A program made the position numbers and the translations under genes. Below the pieces are notes generated by a model, which worked only from the letters and a program-made list of their open reading frames with translations, ran no database searches and had not been told where the DNA came from. A DNA stretch of 64,000 nt, taken from NCBI GenBank assembly GCA_024679065.1, contig JAGIQG010000043.1, forward strand, positions 2,790,001 through 2,854,000. Reading direction: 5' to 3'. The stretch's first letter is position 1. The number at the start of each line of letters is the position of its first letter. The stretch comes from Sphyrna mokarran. Taxonomy: Eukaryota. Below, piece by piece: positions 61,356 to 64,000 of the stretch.

Positions 61356-64000
61356 TGTCCTTGAGCGAGACCATGAGACTCTGAGCCCCTGTTCTAAATT
61401 TCACTGAGAACTCGCTCTTGTTCTTTCTGTGTGGGGGAGGTGTGAAATACGCGCACTGTGTACATGAATGAAAACATGACGGGTTTGAAAATAGAACCGA
61501 GGTAGAGAGCTGTCTGCGGTTTTCCTGTTTACTACAGGTCCAGTGCTGGCGAGCATTCGGCATGTTCTCCAAAATGCCTCAAATATCTCACTCACATCAG
61601 CTACACCAGACATGGAGTGCAGAGCACGGCTCTTCCGAATCTGGTAAGGATTCCCAGGTTGTGGAAAAAGTGCAGTTAACATTTCACAACGAATGATACC
61701 AGAAATGAGAGCGTGAAACTGTCAGTGAGCCTTGAGGAGGTTGGTGTTCTGTATCTCTGAAAGAAAAATTGAAAATTGAGGGCTGATCCACTGAAATATT
61801 TTCAATTATGAAATGGTTCAACAAGGCAGAAGTCGGATTCCAAGATATTGCAGGATGAGTTTGTCGCTAAGCAGGAATTCAGGACAAAAATGTATCTAGG
61901 AAAAATGGGGAGGATGTGGAAGTCGGTTGCATAGGGAATGCTTTTGATTGGATTAGAATTGATTTGATTTCTTACCGTCACATGTGTTTTAATACAGTGA
62001 AAAGTATTGTTTCTTGCGCGCCATACAGACAAAGCATATTGTTCAGAGAGTGAACACAATCGATTTATTATTGTGACATGTACTGGACTAAAGTGAAAAG
62101 TATTGCTCCTTGCGCGCTGTGCAGACAAGACATACCGTTCATAGAATATATAAATTTGATTTATTATTGTCACATGTATTAGGATACATTGGAAAGTATT
62201 ATTTCTTACGCGCTATACAGACAAAGCATACTGTTCATCGGGAAAGAAAATAGAATGTAGTGTCACTATCATAGCCAGGCTGAAGAGAAAGTTGAACTTA
62301 ATGCAAAGTGGGCCCATTTTTCGTTTATAATAATACATGTGACAATAATAAATCAAACCAAATCAAATTAAAATGTGCCCATTAAAAATAAATCGCACTA
62401 TTAAAATCGTTCTGATTATGGCGTTAGTTGCCCGATTTTCCTCCTCATGTCCGCTTGAGACGAATCACAAAGATGTATTTTAATTGGGCAGCTGGATAGA
62501 CACCAATGAGAGAAAGGAGTAGAAGGATATGTTGATGGAGTGATAGAAAGAAAGAATGGGGTACCTCTGGAACATTGACAGCAGCTGATAGGCCGAATGG
62601 TCCAAAACTGTTCTGTGCTTTTTATGTAATTGTGTTAGAAAAACATGAAATCAAAGCCATCCTTTGCTACTCTGATATGTGAACAATTAGTGCTGCCTCT
62701 ATGCTTTACATGGATTACAACAGGGCATAGTCCACATTACTTCAGAGAGATTACAATTGTCTAATTTAATGTTGAGCCTGGCCCGAATATAGGATGTCCC
62801 CAGGTTCTTGGTAGCCGATGACATGTCTTTGCAAATGTACTTAGTTTTGAAATATAGGAGACTCAGTCAGGTTCGTGCAAAACGGGAGGCTGAAAATTGA
62901 CAATTGATAAAGTTTGGATAAGTTAACTTACAGAAGCATAAAACTCCTATAGTGCAGAAGGAAGGCCATTCAGCCCACTGAGCCTGCACTGCTAGCAAAT
63001 GCATCCAGGCGCTATCGCCGTGACCCCACAAACTTAGCCTGCAAATTCCTCTGACACTAAGAGACAATGTAGCATGTCCAATCTACCAAACATGCACATC
63101 TTTATCCACAAAGGCACAATTTAGCACGGACAATCCGGCGTCCTGTACATCTTTGGATAGTTGGGGAGAATTTAGCTTGGCCAATCCACGTAACCTGCAC
63201 ATCTTTGGACACTAATGGACAACTTTCTCATGGCCAATCAGACAAACGGCACATATTTGGCCACTCAGGGACAATTTTGCAGGACCAATCCAGAATACCT
63301 GAACATCGTTGGATACTAAGACTAATAGAGGTGTATAAAATTATGAAGGGCACAGATAGGGTGAAGCTTTTTCCCAGGTCGGAGGTGACGAGCACAAGGG
63401 GTCATAGTTTCAAGGTGAGGGTGGGGGGGAGCAAAGTTCAACGCAGATGTCAGGGGGACGTATTTCATACAGAGGGTGATGGAGGCCTGGAAAGCAATAC
63501 CAAGCAAGGTGGTTGATGCGGATACACTGGGATTGTTTAAGACTTATCTCGATAACCACATGAACAGACTGAGAATAGAGGGATACAAACGAATGGTCTA
63601 ATTGGTCACATGAACGGCGCAGGCTTGGAGGGCAGAAGGGCCTGCTTCTGCGTCGTACTGTTCTTTGTTCTAAGGGGCAATTAAGCATGGTCAATCCACC
63701 TAATTGCACATTGTTGGTCATTGACATTTAAACTTAGTGTTCTACTTTACAGATCCTGTCCCATACACATCAATCGCCATTTTTATTAATTCCTGTTGCT
63801 TCTTTTGACAAATCCTCTTAAATCAGTGCCATGTAACTCTTGATATTTTGCCGTTTTAACAAATATAGTAGTCGTTCTTTTTTTTACAGAAATGACAAAT
63901 GGTGATAGAACATAGAAACAGACAAGGCTCTAAACTCAAAACTAAATAAAAATAACCCGATTTGTTCTATTTAAGCAAATCTTCGCCCTTCATCTTAATT

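Larger units (their letters stand above)
54286..64000 (+). repeat. Segmental duplication copy 2 (homologous to 1-10395)
   Basis: As for copy 1; similarity runs off the window edges, so the true unit is larger. Confidence 0.93.

Overview
Vertebrate genomic DNA, most likely elasmobranch (shark or ray). This is inferred from the repeat content: CR1/HER1-type LINEs with (TTCTATG)n tails, HE1-like tRNA SINEs, Rex1/L2-type LINE tails and Penelope-like termini. There are two N gaps. Within the repeats is a minus-strand cluster of non-rearranging, antigen-receptor-like IgSF genes built as leader, germline-joined VJ exon, ~100 bp intron, C1 exon, Cys-containing stalk/TM exon and cytoplasmic exons ending in a single YxxL motif. 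I assembled three models by hand from splice sites and phases. Gene A (274-7484, type 1) is intact, ~303 aa, with tail TLYARL. Gene C (29263-38202, type 2) is intact, ~339 aa, with an extra Cys pair in V, an Arg at the TM edge and tail PLYASL. Gene B (54574-61355) is a type-1 paralogue of A with one nonsense codon in V. A decayed leader+V relic lies near 24050-24491. A and B sit in a >=10 kb duplication offset by ~54 kb, so the two types alternate, which suggests a germline-encoded TCR-like heterodimeric receptor system. No RSS flanks any V exon. Other items are a young Penelope-like palindrome with hammerhead-ribozyme cores and a 12-bp TSD, a candidate CTCF site and a candidate CRE/NF-kB/ETS enhancer. 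All gene models are sequence-only predictions with no transcript evidence, and most repeat boundaries are approximate.
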